Below, piece by piece: positions 60,517 to 64,000 of a DNA stretch of 64,000 nucleotides (position 1 is its first letter; every line of letters begins with the position of its first letter). The stretch comes from the human T2T-CHM13v2.0 reference genome, Homo sapiens. A program made the position numbers and the translations under genes. The DNA is taken from NCBI RefSeq assembly GCF_009914755.1, contig NC_060939.1. The stretch is one strand, 5' to 3'. Under the pieces are notes generated by a model. It was not told the origin of the DNA and ran no database searches. It saw only the letters and a program-made list of their open reading frames with translations.

Positions 60517-60823
60517 ATGGGCGGCGAGGCTGGGTGCGCGGCGGCCGTGGGTGCCGAGGGCCGCGTGAAGAGCCTGGGTCTGGTGTTCGAGGACGAGCGC
60601 AAGGGCTGCTATTCCAGCGGCGAGACAGTGGCCGGGCACGTGCTGCTGGAGGCGTCCGAGCCGGTGGCCCTGCGCGCGCTGCGCCTGGAGGCCCAGGGGC
60701 GCGCCACCGCCGCCTGGGGCCCGAGCACCTGCCCCCGCGCCTCGGCTAGCGCCGCGGCCCTGGCTGTCTTCTCGGAGGTGGAGTACCTGAACGTGCGCCT
60801 CAGCCTGCGGGAGCCCCCGGCCG
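60517..60823 (+). CDS. ARRDC4: Arrestin domain-containing protein 4, coding part of exon 1 (codons 1-102 plus 1 nt; start of the arrestin-N domain). The rest of the gene lies beyond the window.
   Basis: Translation MGGEAGCAAAVGAEGRVKSLGLVFEDERKGCYSSGETVAGHVLLEASEPVALRALRLEAQGRATAAW...EVEYLNVRLSLREPPAG matches the human ARRDC4 N-terminus as I recall it and carries the alpha-arrestin YSSGETVAGHV motif. Strong Kozak context ggcgggATGG; canonical donor CCG|GTAAGC at 60823/60824; lies in a CpG island. Confidence 0.97.
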
Positions 60824-63800
60824 GTAAGCGCAGGCGAGCGCCTGGGGTTCCCCCGCCAGGCTGCGGGGCCGGGGAGGGGCTGGGAGGCCGCGCACCCTCG
60901 GGATGCCCACCTGGCAGGTGAGATCAGGGCGGGCTTCCGGGGGTGGGGTCCGGCCCACCCTCGCGGGTAAGGAGAGACCGCAAGTCCTGGGTGCGCAGCT
61001 CTTCCTGGCGCCCCGCCCCTGGCCCGCCGGGCCTGACCGGGACCAGTGGCTCGGGATTTTCTAGGACCGCGACGGGAGGGGGCCATTGGCTGCGGTGGGA
61101 ACCTGTGATTGGACAATGGGGGATCCAGAAATCTAGGTCCTGTTCCTTCTGGTCCAAGAAAGGGACGGTGGAACCGGCGGCTATGAGGTTCCATTCTGCG
61201 GTGCCCGTGTCCTATGGCCTCCACTCCTCCCTATCCTGCATACGTTCTTGGTTCATGATGAATTAGCAGAAATTTGGTTTGGGGAATAGGGAAGTAGTTC
61301 CTGAGGGGTAGGAGTTCAAAGGAAGTGTTTTCCAGACTTGATCATCATGCTTGGTTTCCCTCTTCTGGGGAGCAGGGCAACTTAGTAAGAGTTGTACCTC
61401 TACCTGATACTGCTGCTGTTTCCTCCGCATCCTCTTCCTCCCCATCCTCCTCCTCCCCTCCTACCCGCTTCTTCCCCTCTCCCCCACTTCTCTCCACTCA
61501 AAATGCCTTTAGAGACAAGAGCATCAGGGCGTGTCGGGATTTCCCTTCCTGCTCACTTTGGTGAAGTCCAGTTCACAGTGTAGACTTTTCCAGAAGTACC
61601 CATGTGGGGACACACTACATGAGCGTTTCATTAATATTAGATACCAAAATTGGATCCCTTTAGTCACGAAAATACTAAGAACCATGAGTCTTACTCATTT
61701 CATGGATGGAAACTAGTTTAAACTTTTACGTTTTTGCCATGAGCTTTTATCTATCAAATAAAACAATGGTATGCACCTCCTCTCCTTGAAGAGTAAACGC
61801 ATTATATCTATGTGCTATGTCTTATACAAAATATAATAGAATATGTGGTTTTGCCCTATCCTACTGTGGACACAGTGAACTCCTCGAGGTAAGTGATCAT
61901 CTGAGTCATCCCAAAATTGTAGTGAGGAAAACTATATTTGGAACCAAAACTGCCTTTTGGATCAATGGGAACAGTGTGTTAGTGATAGTTCTTACTCCTT
62001 CATGCACTTTCCTCAGTATGGCTTCCAGGATCAACCCAGGCCCCAGTGGAAGCAGACAATACAATTTGCAAGATGGCCGAATGGAGTCAAGGACCTTGGG
62101 AGTGAGACATACATTGATTTTTGTCCAGGACTTTGGACTCTATCTCTGGGCCTATAACTGCTGAGTCAATAGATGTAAAATTAAAAGCAGTTGAACCTGG
62201 GATTAGCAATAAAAAACTGCTTTGGTAAAATCTGGGCTAACATTTTTTTTAATTCACAAGTCAGATGTTTATTCGTCACACGCACACATATATACACATG
62301 TGGAACAGAATGTAAAAACTAGACAATTTGAAAATCTTAAACTTGTTTTAGAATGTATCATAGCACATATTGGCACAATTACATTTTGCTTAAAATCATA
62401 GTCTCTTTTAGTTGGGGAAAAAAAATAAGTCACCCCTAATATCTATAGCTTGGAAGAACTTAGCATCTTTACACAGTCTAGATTCTGGGGGTAATTTAAT
62501 TACAAAACCTGGCTGTGTTTCAATCACCTAAGGAGATTTTTAGAAATCCATATTATGTAGCACTGGGATCTGTTTTCACAAATGCTCTCCAGATAATTCT
62601 TTGACATCCTTAATCTAATTCAACTACTTGCTGTCATTGTGATTGATTTTCTTCATATTTTTATTGAGAAACTGTAGTAGAAAACAAGCCAGAATCAGAG
62701 AGTTGGTCTCAGTTCTTGGTCACCCACCAGCAGTGTGACCTTATGCAAGTCCCTCACCCTTCCTGAGCCCCAGTCTCTGCCTCTGTAATGGTCTTCTGCA
62801 TCCCACGGCTCATCAAAACCTTTAATTATGAGCTTTGGCTGTAAGGCCATTAGTGATTGAAACATCTTCCTGTGACTTTGTAGTGCTCAGTATACAAGAC
62901 AGAAATAATGAGCGGTTGGTGCAGAAGCAGAAATGGGCACATGGTTCAGCTTGTGAACCTTTTACATTAAAAACAAAACTTGAGAAAGAGGAAAAGAAAA
63001 CAAAGATTGAATTCCAAATATTATAACCCATTTTTATCAGTTTTTCCATTTCTTTTTCCTGTTTATGTTTTGAGATAGTTGAAAGTCTCATTTTAAATGA
63101 TATAGATCCGATGTCGATTTGTTGCTTAATGAAAGGGGAACTTCATGTCTCTCATTCTCTTCAGTATCCTGGGCAACTGTGTTCCCCACAAATGCCTGCC
63201 ATGCTCTTCCTCATGCTATTCCCTTATCTAAATTTCCCTTCCTATCTGTCTCCATTCCAGCCCTCAGGTCCTGAAGATGTCGGGCCCACCCATGTTCCTA
63301 TGTGGGTGCTCTAGGTTCTAGCACTCCATGGTCATTGCTTGTGTACAAGCATGTAATCTCCTTTCCTCCCCCGGTCTCTTTGAGGATTATCCGCGGTGCC
63401 TGAAATCTAAGCACTACACATTTTAAACTCAAATGAAATACACATTTCAAAACATTTGTAAATACTTGGTCATGTTCTGTAATCTAGTAATTTCAAATTA
63501 GAACTTTAGCCCAGCTCTTTTAGGAGCACTGGGATTGCCTTGAGCCTTTCACTCCACAGCTGTCAGGTCGAGATGCTTCCCTGGTCCCTGCTCTGCTGCT
63601 ACCTTCCTGAGCACACGTCAGCCACTGGGACCCGCCCTGCCACTGAATTTAACATGATCTCATGCCCCTGTGACTTGTTCTTCACTTTGCCTCCAGTCAC
63701 CCAACTGTGGAGTATTCAAATTGACTTAAGTGGCAGGTGTGTCACTTTTTTATCCCCCTTGATGTTAACACATTAAAAATTGGGGATAGATTCAGAAGAC

Positions 63801-64000
63801 CTAATAGGTCAGTAATGTGTTCCTATTTTCTAAAAGTACGAAGTTGAAATGTCAGCTGACTTGGTTAAGGTCATAAAATAAAACTCTATTTTTTTATTTA
63901 AGGGATAAAAAATTCCCATTTCACTACTGATTTCTTTAAATTTTTTTTTTTAGTGAATGGATAAAGTAGAAATCTTCATTTTAGTGTCAGATGACCAGGC
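60824..64000 (+). other. ARRDC4: ARRDC4 intron 1 (partial)
   Basis: Begins with GTAAGC. I did not see the expected exon-2 peptide (EGIILLQPGKHEF...) before the window end. Confidence 0.85.

Larger units (their letters stand above)
59960..61200. promoter_or_regulatory. CpG island over the ARRDC4 promoter, exon 1 and proximal intron 1
   Basis: Very high GC and CpG density compared with the AT-rich, CpG-depleted flanks. Confidence 0.93.

Noticed and set aside
60294-60749. 151-aa out-of-frame upstream ATG ORF overlapping ARRDC4
   Set aside because: The ATG is part of a CCAAT box (CCAATG) that probably lies upstream of the TSS; low-complexity product.
60190-61224. 344-aa antisense ORF over the CpG island
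   Set aside because: Pro/Arg/Gly/Ala-rich with no recognisable domain; an expected artefact of stop-codon scarcity in GC-rich DNA opposite a real exon.

Overview
Primate (almost certainly human) genomic DNA. About 60 kb of repeat-rich intergenic sequence (Alu, L1, L2, MIR, MaLR/ERVL LTRs, DNA-transposon fossils) leads into the CpG-island promoter, first coding exon and first ~3.2 kb of intron 1 of the alpha-arrestin gene ARRDC4 (+ strand, ATG at 60517, donor after 60823). ARRDC4 exon 1 is the only credible protein-coding sequence; the other ORFs are repeat-derived or GC-rich artefacts. I found no new multi-gene biological system. The most unusual structures seen directly in the sequence are: (1) a ~235-bp inverted copy of sequence 2 kb downstream, inserted into the 3' end of an L1PA element (48489-48724 vs 50652-50885); (2) an L1PA2-like element and an AluY inserted at the same TT|AAAA site, leaving three copies of the target sequence; (3) an in-frame 24-bp tandem repeat inside a Tigger1 transposase fossil; (4) an orphan CpG islet with tandem CTCF-like motifs; (5) candidate ChoRE/CCAAT/AP-1 modules at the promoter and ~12.7 kb upstream. 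Repeat subfamily names come from remembered consensus sequences, and boundaries of old repeats are approximate.
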